Assembly (NCBI GenBank): GCA_016178055.1 | Contig: JACOUC010000034.1 | Coordinates: forward strand, 20,621-84,620 | DNA: 64,000 nt | Reading direction: 5' to 3' | Source: Chlamydiota bacterium | Lineage (GTDB): Bacteria > Auribacterota > JACPWU01 | Shown: positions 1 through 9,018 of the stretch, one piece after another | How the letters are laid out: each line of letters begins with the position of its first letter | Numbering within the stretch: the first letter of the stretch is position 1 | The notes under the pieces: model-generated | What the model saw: only the letters and a program-made list of their open reading frames with translations | Told to the model about the DNA's origin: nothing | Databases searched by the model: none | Program-made: the position numbers and the translations under genes

Positions 1-658
1 GTTTTTGGATCAGGATTTTTTGAGTCGAGGGATCTTTCGCAGAAGAGGGGTTGGAGAGAATTTCTTTTTCAACTATTTTTCGAAAATCTTTGGGTCGGGC
101 CTTGGTCACTGGAGTAAAATCTTTTTTGGTGAGATAAACTTTAGCTCCCAGATTCACGAGTTTTTTCTTTAAAAGAAGGGCTGTTTTGAGATTCAGTTCT
201 GCTTCCTTAATGGGAGGATGTTTTTCAACAGGGAGAACCCGCTCTTCCATCTTCGCATAATCTCCTCCAATGTGTCCCGGATCAAGTAAAATTCGAAGTT
301 CATTGAGAGGAAGAGAAGATTTTATTTTTTTTAAATGCTGAGAAACCATTTTTTTTAATGGATGTTTTTTTGCAAGAAGTAATCTAAAGAGGGCAGGCCG
401 AGTTTTTTGGGTATTACGAAAGATGTCAACATAGTAAGGAGTTATTTTTAAATAGGCATAAAGGCTTCCATCTGGAGAGTAGAGTGTTTTGAGGGCCCTT
501 CGAAATTCACTTTCCGTGAGGGTATGATTGTAAACTTTGAGTCGTTCCCAGGGGATCTTAGGTTTGATCTCTTGAGCAGCCTGGAGGGAAAAAAAGGTTG
601 ATGCAAAAAGAATAAGAGAGAGAATTTTTTTAAAGTGCTTTACGGTATTGTAAGTCAT
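1..658 (-). CDS. N-acetylmuramoyl-L-alanine amidase family protein, partial (3' end beyond window edge)
   Basis: Continuous minus-strand reading frame from ATG at 656-658 to position 1; not in supplied ORF track because it runs off the window. Signal-peptide-like N-terminus; LLDPGHIGGDYAKMEER resembles the amidase_3 DxGHGG motif. Confidence 0.45.
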   Translation of the reverse strand, partial: MTYNTVKHFKKILSLILFASTFFSLQAAQEIKPKIPWERLKVYNHTLTESEFRRALKTLYSPDGSLYAYLKITPYYVDIFRNTQKTRPALFRLLLAKKHPLKKMVSQHLKKIKSSLPLNELRILLDPGHIGGDYAKMEERVLPVEKHPPIKEAELNLKTALLLKKKLVNLGAKVYLTKKDFTPVTKARPKDFRKIVEKEILSNPSSAKDPSTQKILIQK

Positions 659-745
659 ACTCTATTTTCATCATTTCAGATTCCTTGACCCGAATCTTTT
701 AAGACTATATCATAAGAAAATTCTACATTAGAAGGAAAGGGATTT

Positions 746-1387
746 ATGTATTACCCCGTTTTTTTGAATTTGAAAGGGAAAACATCGGCCATTTTTGGTG
801 GGGGACCTATTGCTTTAAGAAAGGCAGAATCCCTTATTGATTGTGGTTCAAAGGTTTGCGTCTATGCGCCGGAGGTCATTCCTGAGATTGAGAATTTGGC
901 TAAGAAAGAGAAAATTATTTGGGAAAAAAAGGTTTATGAACCCGATGATTTAGTGGGAGTTCATTTAGTGATTGCTTCAACGAATGATCGATTGATCAAC
1001 GCGGCTATTTTTAGAGAAGCTGAGGAGCGGGGGCTTTTTGTCAATGTGGTGGACGATCCTGAATTATGTAATTTTATTGCGCCCAGTATCTTACGGCGAG
1101 GTAAATTAGTGATTGCCGTTTCCACGGAAGGGGCAAGTCCTGCGATGGCGAAAAAGATACGTCAAGATCTTGAATTAGAATTTGGTCCAGAATATGCGCT
1201 TTTCTTGAAGGCCATGGAAAGCTCACGCAAGGATATTCAAGAACGTCTCCCCAAAGAAGAGCAACGTAGAGAATTTTTTACTCAATTGGTCCATTCTAAT
1301 ATTCTCGAACAGATTCGTTTAGGTTTAAACGCAAACGAAATTCAAAAGGTGATAAATCAGAAAATAGAGAAATTTTTATGCGCTTGA
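746..1387 (+). CDS. precorrin-2 dehydrogenase / sirohydrochlorin ferrochelatase (siroheme synthase N-terminal-domain type, SirC/Met8-like)
   Basis: 213 aa; Rossmann N-terminus FGGGPIALRKAESLIDCGSKVCVYAP typical of CysG-N/SirC; first gene of heme precursor operon. Confidence 0.6.
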   Translation: MYYPVFLNLKGKTSAIFGGGPIALRKAESLIDCGSKVCVYAPEVIPEIENLAKKEKIIWEKKVYEPDDLVGVHLVIASTNDRLINAAIFREAEERGLFVNVVDDPELCNFIAPSILRRGKLVIAVSTEGASPAMAKKIRQDLELEFGPEYALFLKAMESSRKDIQERLPKEEQRREFFTQLVHSNILEQIRLGLNANEIQKVINQKIEKFLCA

Positions 1388-1932
1388 GAATTTGGGGGGG
1401 TGTTATTCTTGTCATTGTGCTTGTGGTAGGAATTTTGGCGCTTATCTTGCCTTCTTCTTTTCATAAAGGCATTCCTTCTTTCAATGCTTTTTGGTTTGGG
1501 ACACATGTTTTTCTGTCGCTTTTGGGTTATGCCGCCTTTACTATTTCCTTCATCAGCGGATTTTTTTACCTCGTTCTAGAACGGGAGCTGAAACTGAAGA
1601 CTTCAGCTCCTCTTCTGAGTCGGCTTCCTCCTCTTGAATATATTGAGCTTATAAGTTTTCGTTCTCTCTGGGCAGGAACTCTTCTTTTGGGATTGGGTTT
1701 AATCAATGGTATTTTCTGGGCCTGGTGGGGGAAGGTGTCTTTAAAATATAATGATCCCAAGGTCATGTTTTCGTTTTTAACATGGCTTATTTATGGCGTC
1801 ATTCTTTATATTCGCTCCGCTACACGTTGGCGGGGAAGAAAGGTGGCTTATCTTTCTATGATTGGTTTTGCGTTGATTCTTATTAATTTTTTTATCATGA
1901 ATTATGTATCAAAAGGACATGGCTTCTTTTAA
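1378..1932 (+). CDS. HemX/CcsA-family cytochrome c assembly-like integral membrane protein
   Basis: Polytopic membrane protein with Trp-rich segment FWAWWGKV; position immediately upstream of hemA as in hemAX operons; start overlaps previous gene stop. Confidence 0.4.
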   Translation: MRLRIWGGVILVIVLVVGILALILPSSFHKGIPSFNAFWFGTHVFLSLLGYAAFTISFISGFFYLVLERELKLKTSAPLLSRLPPLEYIELISFRSLWAGTLLLGLGLINGIFWAWWGKVSLKYNDPKVMFSFLTWLIYGVILYIRSATRWRGRKVAYLSMIGFALILINFFIMNYVSKGHGFF

Positions 1933-2066
1933 AGAAGCTAGAAGTTGAAGGCTATTAAAAACTGCTAGAGGCTGAAAGCTAAAGGCTAGAAGTAATAACG
2001 TATTTACATCTAGCTTCCAGCCTCTAGCGTCTAGCTGTTCTTCTAGCTTCCAGCTTCTAGCTCTTT
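1933..2066. repeat. Family B palindromic repeat (words GCTAGAAG / CTAGCTTCCAGCCTCTAGCGTCTAGCT) between hemX-like and hemA
   Basis: Inverted arms gctagaag..gctagaggctgaaagctaaaggctagaag versus ctagcttccagcctctagcgtctagct..cttctagcttccagcttctagc; 28-mer tctagcttccagcctctagcgtctagct identical to copy at 59745-59772. Confidence 0.7.
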
Positions 2067-2083
2067 TTTAGTCAAAGGTAAAA

Positions 2084-3133
2084 ATGAATATCCAAGTCAT
2101 TGGACTTAATCATAAAACGGCGGATGTGGCCTTGCGAGAAAAGTTGGCGTTTAGCCAGCCTCAGGCCATGGAATGTCTGAAACGTATTCGGGAGTTGGGC
2201 CTTGCCTCAGAGGCGTTGGTTCTCTCGACCTGTAACCGTGTGGAGTTTTATAAGGTCTGGGACAGGTCTGATTCTCTTGAAAGTCTAGCCAAATTTCTAG
2301 GGCAATTTCATAAAGTGAGCATTCCTGATTTTGAAAAATCCCTTTATTTTTACGAAGGGCGTGATGCTGTCCGTCATTTGTTTCGTGTGGCTTCAGGGCT
2401 TGACTCTATGGTGGTTGGAGAAACAGAAGTTTTGGGCCAAGTGAAAAAGGCTTATCAGTTGGCGAGCGAGATTCAATCAACAGGTCTTATTTTAAACACC
2501 CTTTTCCAAAAATCTTTTTATGTGGCCAAACTTTTACAGAGTACGACGAAGATTCACGAAGGGAGTCTTTCGGTAAGTTCTGTTGCTGTCCAACTTGCAG
2601 AAAAAATTTTCGGAAGTTTATTTTCAAAAACGGTTCTTCTGGTCGGAGCGGGTAAGGTCAGCGAACAAACGGTTCGTAAACTGGTCGAGAAAGGTGTGAA
2701 AGGAATTATTGCCTCCAATCGCTCTTTTGAAAAAGCGCAAAGCCTGGCTCAAAAGTTTTCAGGAAAGGCAATCCGGTTCGATGAAATTAAAACGCAAGGG
2801 ATTGAGGCTGATATCTTGATCAGTTCAACCGCAGCTCCTCATTTTATTTTGCATCGAGAGGATGTTCTTGAACTGATGGATCGGCGCCGGCAGCATTCGC
2901 TTTTTATGATTGATATTGCTGTTCCCCGCGATATTGATCCGGAGGTCAACGCCTTGGATAATGTTTATCTCTATAATATTGATGATTTAAAGGGGATTGC
3001 AGAAAAAAATTTACAAGAGCGATTGAAGGAATGTGAAAAGGCGGATGCTTTGGTCGAGGAAGAAACAGGACGATTTATGAATCGATATCAGGTAATGATC
3101 ACTCGATCGAATGGAATATCAGGAAAAAATTAA
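2084..3133 (+). CDS. hemA: glutamyl-tRNA reductase
   Basis: 349 aa; VIGLNHKTA..VLSTCNRVEFY catalytic Cys motif, NAD-binding GAGK segment. Confidence 0.9.
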   Translation: MNIQVIGLNHKTADVALREKLAFSQPQAMECLKRIRELGLASEALVLSTCNRVEFYKVWDRSDSLESLAKFLGQFHKVSIPDFEKSLYFYEGRDAVRHLFRVASGLDSMVVGETEVLGQVKKAYQLASEIQSTGLILNTLFQKSFYVAKLLQSTTKIHEGSLSVSSVAVQLAEKIFGSLFSKTVLLVGAGKVSEQTVRKLVEKGVKGIIASNRSFEKAQSLAQKFSGKAIRFDEIKTQGIEADILISSTAAPHFILHREDVLELMDRRRQHSLFMIDIAVPRDIDPEVNALDNVYLYNIDDLKGIAEKNLQERLKECEKADALVEEETGRFMNRYQVMITRSNGISGKN

Positions 3134-4069
3134 ATGAAGACCTATTGGGTGATTGCAAGTCGGGGGAGCAAGCTCGCGTTGTGGCAGGCTCGATTTGTTC
3201 AAGAGCAAATTTCGGAAATTTTTCCAGATTTTGAAATTAAGATTAAAATAATCAAAACTTTAGGAGATACCCAAAGAAGTCAAAAATTGTGGGAAATGGG
3301 TGGAAAAGGTGTTTTTACCAAAGAATTAGAAGAGGCTCTTTTATCAAAAGAAGCCGATTTTGCTGTTCATAGTTTGAAAGATCTTCCGACCCAATTACCT
3401 TTGGGTTTATGTTTAGGAGCCGTTCCCGTTCGTGAGTCACCCCAAGATGTTTTGGTGTCCAAAGATCATGTCCGTTTTGAATATCTTCCACAAGGGGCTC
3501 GTGTTGGAACCTCGAGTTTTCGCCGACGTTCTCAACTTCTTTCTACGCGGCCTGATCTTGTAGTGGAAGAGATTCGAGGAAATGTTTCGACCCGTATTAA
3601 AAAAGTTTATGAAGGTCCTCTCGATGCGGTGGTGCTTGCAAAAGCTGGAATGATACGTTTAGGGCTGGAAGAATGGATCACCCAGGAATTCGCTTTTGAA
3701 GAAATGCTTCCGGCCGTAGGTCAAGGAGCCTTAGCGGTTGAAATTCGAAAGGATGACCGTGAGGCGCAAGAACTATTGAACCCTCTTCAGGATGAGGATC
3801 TTTTTTGTGCTACGGGGGCCGAACGGGCTTTTTTAGATTGCTTAGGGGGAGGATGTCGTCTTCCGATTGCAGCCTATGGAGAGGTAGCGGGTGATGAATT
3901 ATCTCTTGAGGGACTTGTAGCCACGCCTGATGGGAAAAAAATAATTCGTAAAAAAATTTTTGGAAATAAAAGTGATTTTGAAAAATTAGGAAAACAATTG
4001 GCCCAATCGATGTTGGAAGAAGGGGCAAGTAAAATGATTCATAGGAGCCGTGATTCATCTTTTTTTTGA
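3134..4069 (+). CDS. hemC: hydroxymethylbilane synthase (porphobilinogen deaminase)
   Basis: 311 aa; GSKLALWQA N-terminus, GGGC dipyrromethane cofactor Cys region; directly abuts hemA. Confidence 0.9.
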   Translation: MKTYWVIASRGSKLALWQARFVQEQISEIFPDFEIKIKIIKTLGDTQRSQKLWEMGGKGVFTKELEEALLSKEADFAVHSLKDLPTQLPLGLCLGAVPVRESPQDVLVSKDHVRFEYLPQGARVGTSSFRRRSQLLSTRPDLVVEEIRGNVSTRIKKVYEGPLDAVVLAKAGMIRLGLEEWITQEFAFEEMLPAVGQGALAVEIRKDDREAQELLNPLQDEDLFCATGAERAFLDCLGGGCRLPIAAYGEVAGDELSLEGLVATPDGKKIIRKKIFGNKSDFEKLGKQLAQSMLEEGASKMIHRSRDSSFF

Positions 4070-4522
4070 TTTTTTAAAAACTTGAACGAGGGCTTCTAAA
4101 TCAATTTTATCATGAGGACGACCGGCTTCTTTTTTAGCTTGAATCAGATCTTTTAGGCTGATCAAATGAATTTTTTCTTTTCCATAAAAGACCTGTTTTC
4201 TCCTTTTCCAAGCCTCTTCAAATGGAAGCTTACCAATTCCCATCAAAATATCGATTCTGTTTGGCTCCATCCCAATTTGATAGACCATTTTAACATTACA
4301 AAGATCATCCAGTGATAAATTTCCAACAGGAGCACCAAATTTTTCAAGTAGTTTATAGACTTTTTCGGCGTTATCTGAGTCAGGTTTAATCCAAATATCC
4401 AAATCCTTGGTGTAGCGAGGTTCCGTATAAACAATCACGGCATAAGCCCCTACAACCAAGTATTTAGCCTTTGCGGAGTTTAAGAGATGCAACAGTTCTT
4501 CGAAGTCTCTGTTGATGGGCAT
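4055..4522 (-). CDS. minimal nucleotidyltransferase-fold protein (MNT-like, G..Y..DLD motif)
   Basis: 155 aa; LVVGAYAVIVYTEPRYTKDLDIWI matches Pol-beta-like NTase GS/x9-13/DxD core; 3' end overlaps hemC stop by 15 bp (convergent). Confidence 0.45.
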   Translation of the reverse strand: MPINRDFEELLHLLNSAKAKYLVVGAYAVIVYTEPRYTKDLDIWIKPDSDNAEKVYKLLEKFGAPVGNLSLDDLCNVKMVYQIGMEPNRIDILMGIGKLPFEEAWKRRKQVFYGKEKIHLISLKDLIQAKKEAGRPHDKIDLEALVQVFKKSKKR

Positions 4523-4701
4523 AACCTGGCTTCCAGTTGGCTAGATCGCATACCATATTCCAAGCGGCCTCAAATTTTCCCTGGGTACCGATCCTTTTCC
4601 AGAAGAGGAGATCAAAATCACGACGGGCCTCTTTTAATGGAACCAATCGGCTCATCATCATTCTTCTTTTCTTCATCTTCGGATTCATTGTAAGGATGGT
4701 A

Positions 4702-5880
4702 TCATATTTCTGGCTGAACACGTTCAGCTTTTGGGGGTAGAAATGCCAAGATCATTTCCTTGCGTGTTCGGTATCCTTCTTTTCCCTTGGCTAGCAAACC
4801 CATTAGACGCAGTTCATTGATATCCCGTGATAATGTTTTTGTAGTTTTTCTTGCATAGGATGCGGCTACCCGGGGGCTTACCTCAGTCAATCTATCAAAA
4901 GGAATAGGACCCTCTGTCAAAGATAGATCTAATATGAGATGGCGACGACGGACGTCACCCAGAGACGTTTTATCACGAAAAGATTCGTGGACGTAATTGC
5001 GCCAGACCACATCCCATTGCTGATCGCGAATACGTTCAAGCTGTGATTTTAGACCATCTACAAAACCTTGAACTGCATATTCAATGAAAGGAAGAATATC
5101 TCCTCCAGATTGGCTTGCATAGTCCAGTTGACGGTAATACTCAGTTCTTGTTTGATTGTAATGATTGCTGAAAAGATGCGCGGCAGGTGCAGGCACCCCT
5201 GAACTAATCAAAATCTGAAATTCGACAAGTCGTGCGGTTCTTCCATTACCATCGTCGAATGGATGAATCCAGGCCAGATAAAGATGTGACAAGACAGCTT
5301 TCAAAATAGCGTACACAATTTCCATATTTTGAGGTGCTTTAAAATTTTCTCCATTGAGCCAATCGCATAATCTTTGAAGTAAAAGTTCACATTCTCCAGC
5401 CGGAGCCCCTTTGTAACGGGCTACGCCAACTTGATGTTTTCTCGATTCACCAGGAATAACTTCTGCTGCGAGGTTTAGTTTGTTTAAAACAATTTTGTTC
5501 AATGCCTTGATTGTTTCAGGCCTGAGCGCCAGCTGGCGACCTTGCCGAATTTCTTCCAAGATTTGATTACATCCTTCAAGAATGTTGTCGATCTCCTGAG
5601 CTAAATATTCGCGAGATGGAGGTAGCTTTAGTTTACCTTCAAGATGCTGAAGAACTTCTTCTTCTGATAAAGTGTTGCCTTCAATCGCTGTAGTGGCCAG
5701 GGCTCCTTTGGCTAGATAGAGTTGATAAAGTTTTTCTGCTGTATTTGGGCGAAGAGGAACGCCTGCAATATGTGCGCATTTTGACTGTGCTTCTCCAAGA
5801 AGCAACCACAATTTGGGAGAGGCCGTTCTCAAATCTATGTAAAACTTTAACCAAGGATGTGTCTCTTTATATGTCTCCAT
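4702..5880 (-). CDS. Fic family protein (class II, with N-terminal inhibitory TxxxEGN motif)
   Basis: 392 aa; canonical Fic motif HPFDDGNGRTARL; upstream TTAIEGNTLS matches [ST]xxxE[GN] alpha-inh; C-terminal wHTH-like tail. Confidence 0.85.
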   Translation of the reverse strand: METYKETHPWLKFYIDLRTASPKLWLLLGEAQSKCAHIAGVPLRPNTAEKLYQLYLAKGALATTAIEGNTLSEEEVLQHLEGKLKLPPSREYLAQEIDNILEGCNQILEEIRQGRQLALRPETIKALNKIVLNKLNLAAEVIPGESRKHQVGVARYKGAPAGECELLLQRLCDWLNGENFKAPQNMEIVYAILKAVLSHLYLAWIHPFDDGNGRTARLVEFQILISSGVPAPAAHLFSNHYNQTRTEYYRQLDYASQSGGDILPFIEYAVQGFVDGLKSQLERIRDQQWDVVWRNYVHESFRDKTSLGDVRRRHLILDLSLTEGPIPFDRLTEVSPRVAASYARKTTKTLSRDINELRLMGLLAKGKEGYRTRKEMILAFLPPKAERVQPEI

Positions 5881-6119
5881 ATTTGTCCTATATTACCTAT
5901 TTATAATAGCTTTGTTATATAAAATAAGTCTATAATTTTGTCTCTAATTTTAGTCCATTTTGTATGGGTGGTCAATTTAATATCTGCATCCCTCTACTGT
6001 ATAATCTTTGTGTATTTTACATTGCCAGCAGTTGAAAAACATGTTTTGCCAAATGAAAGAATGGTAATCTTAATCTCGATTTTGTACAAAAAAATTCTAG
6101 ATTCAAGGGTGTATTTCTC

Positions 6120-7676
6120 ATGACTCAAGAAAAAAAAGGTAAAGTCTATCTTGTCGGGGCGGGGCCAGGAGATCCAGGGCTTTTGACTGTGAAGGCACTT
6201 CATCTCATCCAAGAGGCAGACGTTCTTGTCTATGATGCTCTGGTCTCTGAGAATATTATTCGTAATGCTCCTTCCAGTGTCGAACTTATTTTTGTTGGGA
6301 AAAGAGGTGGGGAAGTTTCCGTTTCTCAAAAAGAGATTGAAGCGATTTTAATTGAAAAGACTCATCAAGGGAAAACGGTCGTTCGATTGAAAGGGGGAGA
6401 TCCCTTTATTTTTGGCCGAGGAGCTGAAGAGGCTTTATTTCTAACCCATCAAGGAATTGATTGGGAGGTGGTTCCCGGCGTATCCTCTGCAGTTGCAGTT
6501 CCAGCCTATGCAGGGATTCCCTTAACGCATCGAGATTTTACTTCATCAGTAGGTTTTTTGACAGGTCATGAAAATTCAAGAGAGGAAGAGAGTCAGATCC
6601 CTTGGTCTAAAATTTCGACTGGTTTAGGTACACTGGTTTTTTTAATGGGGGTTTCTCAACTACAACATATTGTTCACGAGCTTATTCGGAATGGACGGCC
6701 CACCTCAACTCCCTGTGCCATGGTTATGTGGGGGACGCTTCCAAGGCAAAAAACAGTTGTAGGAAATTTGTCCGATGTCGTTGGAAAGGTAAAAGAGGCT
6801 GGGTTAGAGGCGCCTTCTATTTTTATTGTTGGAGAAGTGGTTAGACTTCGGGAAAAGCTTAACTGGTTTGAAAAGGGACCTCTTTTTGGGAAAAGGATTT
6901 TAGTCACCCGCTCAAGAGAACAAGCCAGTACATTGGTTAATACTCTAGAAAAATTGGGGGCAGACCCTATTGAGTTTCCCGTGCTTCAGGTGGTTCCCCC
7001 TGAAAATTGGGCTCCGATCGACCAGGCGATTTTTCATTTAGCAAAATTTAACTGGATTGTTTTTACCAGTGTCAATGCGGTCAATATTTTTTTAGAACGT
7101 TTGAAGCTTCATTTAAAAGATATTCGAGATTTAAAAGGAATCAAAATTGCGGCCATGGGTGATGTAACGCGTGAAGCGCTTGAAAAATACAGCATCAGCG
7201 TTGATTTAACCCCTCGCGAATTTGTTTCGGAGGCCTTGCTAGAAAGTTTTAAGGAGTTAGGAAATCTTAAAAGTCAAAATTTTCTTTTACCTCGAGCCGA
7301 GGGGGCGAGAATTCTTCTTTCTGAGGGATTAAAAAAAGAAGGGGCTTGGGTGACGGATATCATTCTTTATAAAACAGTCTATCCTCCGATCCATGAAGGA
7401 TCTTCGTTCCTCCATGAAATTTTTAATTCTAAAATGGACTGGGTTACTTTTACCAGTTCCTCTACAGTCAAAAATTTTGTTGAGAGTTTGGGAAATCATT
7501 TTGAATCCTTAAAAAATCATTTTAAGGTGGCCAGCATAGGTCCCATTACTTCGGCTACAGCCCGAGGATTAGGTTTAAAGGTGGATATTGAAGCAAAGGT
7601 TCATACGATTGAAGGTTTGGTAGAGGCGTTGGTGGAGTATGAAAATCCAGAAATCAAATATCAAAAATCAAAATGA
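6120..7676 (+). CDS. cobA/hemD: uroporphyrinogen-III C-methyltransferase / uroporphyrinogen-III synthase fusion (CobA-HemD); C-terminal ..IKYQKSK tail and stop supplied by Family A repeat
   Basis: 518 aa; N-terminal VYLVGAGPGDPGLLT SAM-dependent tetrapyrrole methylase; C-terminal ~250 aa HemD-like (RILVTRSREQ..); last ~8 codons plus TGA lie inside repeat arm. Confidence 0.85.
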   Translation: MTQEKKGKVYLVGAGPGDPGLLTVKALHLIQEADVLVYDALVSENIIRNAPSSVELIFVGKRGGEVSVSQKEIEAILIEKTHQGKTVVRLKGGDPFIFGRGAEEALFLTHQGIDWEVVPGVSSAVAVPAYAGIPLTHRDFTSSVGFLTGHENSREEESQIPWSKISTGLGTLVFLMGVSQLQHIVHELIRNGRPTSTPCAMVMWGTLPRQKTVVGNLSDVVGKVKEAGLEAPSIFIVGEVVRLREKLNWFEKGPLFGKRILVTRSREQASTLVNTLEKLGADPIEFPVLQVVPPENWAPIDQAIFHLAKFNWIVFTSVNAVNIFLERLKLHLKDIRDLKGIKIAAMGDVTREALEKYSISVDLTPREFVSEALLESFKELGNLKSQNFLLPRAEGARILLSEGLKKEGAWVTDIILYKTVYPPIHEGSSFLHEIFNSKMDWVTFTSSSTVKNFVESLGNHFESLKNHFKVASIGPITSATARGLGLKVDIEAKVHTIEGLVEALVEYENPEIKYQKSK

Positions 7677-7765
7677 CAAACCAAAATTTAAAATACTTCC
7701 CTTGCAAGGGTGCTAGAATATTTTTGAATTTTGATGTGTCATTTTGCATTTTGATTTTTGGATTC
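7645..7765. repeat. Family A palindromic MITE/REP-like element (copy A1)
   Basis: Left arm aaatcaaatatcaaaaatcaaaatgacaaaccaaaatttaaaat, unique centre, right arm attttgatgtgtcattttgcattttgatttttgg (inverted). Confidence 0.8.
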
Positions 7766-8609
7766 TAAATTAATTATGAAGCTAGGTAAATTTGAAATCT
7801 ATGTTATTTCTGACGGTCTCTTTCAATTGGATGGCGGGACGATGTTTGGCATTGTTCCTAAGGTGATTTGGTCTAAATTTCTTCAAGTTGATCAAAATAA
7901 CATGGCTTTATGGGGGACGCATTGCCTTTTGGTTGTTGTGAAAGGTAAAAAGATTTTAATTGAAACGGGAATTGGATCAAAGCTTGATTCCAAGAAAAAG
8001 AAAATTTATGGTCGATCAGATGATGGAGCTTTTTCACAAAATTTAAAGAAAGCAGGTTTTAGTTTTGAGGAGATTGATTTTGTCATTCCAACCCATTTAC
8101 ATATGGATCATGCAGGAGGCTTTACTTGTTTTGAAAATGGAAAATTAAAGACGCGGTTTTCAAAGGCCCGATACTTGATTCAGAAAAAAGAATGGGAGGC
8201 TGCGATTCATCCTACGCGTTTGAGTCGGGGATCGTATTGGGAGGAGAATTTTTTGCCTGTCTTGGATCATCATCAGGTAGAATGGCTTGATGGAGATATA
8301 GAGTTGTTGCAAGGTCTCGATATTATGCTGACGGGTGCCCATAGCCAAGGCCATCAGGCGATTAAAATTTTTTCAGAAGGGAAAACACTTTTTTGTGGTG
8401 GGGATCTTATCCCGAGCCGTTGGCATGTTCGCCAAACTTTTGTTTGTGCTTATGACCTTTGCCCGATGGAGGTGAGTGAATTAAAAACCAAGTGGTTAGA
8501 GAGGGCCTATCAGGAAGATTGGATTCTTCACTGGTACCATGATCCTGAAATGCCCTTTGGAAAAGTCAATAAAGAAGGGGAGAATTTTGTAGGAGACCTC
8601 CGAAAGTGA
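7758..8609 (+). CDS. MBL-fold metallo-hydrolase
   Basis: 283 aa; HLHMDHAGG (HxHxDH) zinc-binding motif. Confidence 0.7.
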   Translation: MDSKLIMKLGKFEIYVISDGLFQLDGGTMFGIVPKVIWSKFLQVDQNNMALWGTHCLLVVVKGKKILIETGIGSKLDSKKKKIYGRSDDGAFSQNLKKAGFSFEEIDFVIPTHLHMDHAGGFTCFENGKLKTRFSKARYLIQKKEWEAAIHPTRLSRGSYWEENFLPVLDHHQVEWLDGDIELLQGLDIMLTGAHSQGHQAIKIFSEGKTLFCGGDLIPSRWHVRQTFVCAYDLCPMEVSELKTKWLERAYQEDWILHWYHDPEMPFGKVNKEGENFVGDLRK

Positions 8610-8617
8610 GGAATTGT

Positions 8618-8737
8618 ATGCCCTATCCCATTCATCGATTGAGACGATTGCGTCAAAATAAAATTTTACGAAGGAATGCTCAAGGAACTGAAGCCTATGG
8701 CTCTGGTTTCCTTGCCAGAAAAGATTCATTGGATTGA
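8618..8737 (+). pseudogene. hemB: hemB (porphobilinogen synthase) 5' remnant, about 39 codons only
   Basis: MPYPIHRLRRLRQNKILRR closely matches conserved HemB N-terminus (..QRPRRLRKSPALR..); ORF stops after 39 aa, rest of gene absent before tRNA-Asp. Confidence 0.45.
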
Positions 8738-8808
8738 AATGATTCGGAAAACGATTTTCTAACTCCGAAAGAAAAAATGACAAATGTACTTAAAGCTACA
8801 GAAAAATC

Positions 8809-8882
8809 CGGGAGTGACGGGGCTCGAACCCGCGACCTCTGCCGTGACAGGGCAGCGCTCTAGCCAATTGAGCTACACCCCC
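8809..8882 (-). tRNA. tRNA-Asp (anticodon GTC)
   Basis: Minus-strand cloverleaf: GGGGGTGTAGCTCAATTGGCTAGAGCGCTGCCCTGTCACGGCAGAGGTCGCGGGTTCGAGCCCCGTCACTCCCG; 7-bp acceptor stem, anticodon loop CTGTCAC, T-loop GGTTCGAGCC; CCA not encoded. Confidence 0.8.
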
Positions 8883-8887
8883 AACAT

Positions 8888-9016
8888 TAAATCAACATTC
8901 AAAAACCAAAATGCAAAATGACAATGTAAAATTTAAAACTTCCTTTTCGCAATAGCATTAGATCATTTTTGGATTTTGATATGTCATTTTGATGTTTGAT
9001 CTTTGATTTTTGAATT
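8888..9016. repeat. Family A palindromic element (copy A2)
   Basis: aaaaccaaaatgcaaaatgacaatgtaaaatttaaaa .. ttttggattttgatatgtcattttgatgtttgatctttgatttttgaa. Confidence 0.8.
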
Positions 9017-9018
9017 TA

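Noticed and set aside
4464-4721. 85-aa minus-strand ORF bridging Fic and the NTase gene
   Set aside because: Overlaps both neighbours and begins with a Met/Lys/Arg-rich low-complexity run. It could be a real small partner protein but cannot be supported from sequence alone, so it is mentioned in findings but not listed as a feature.
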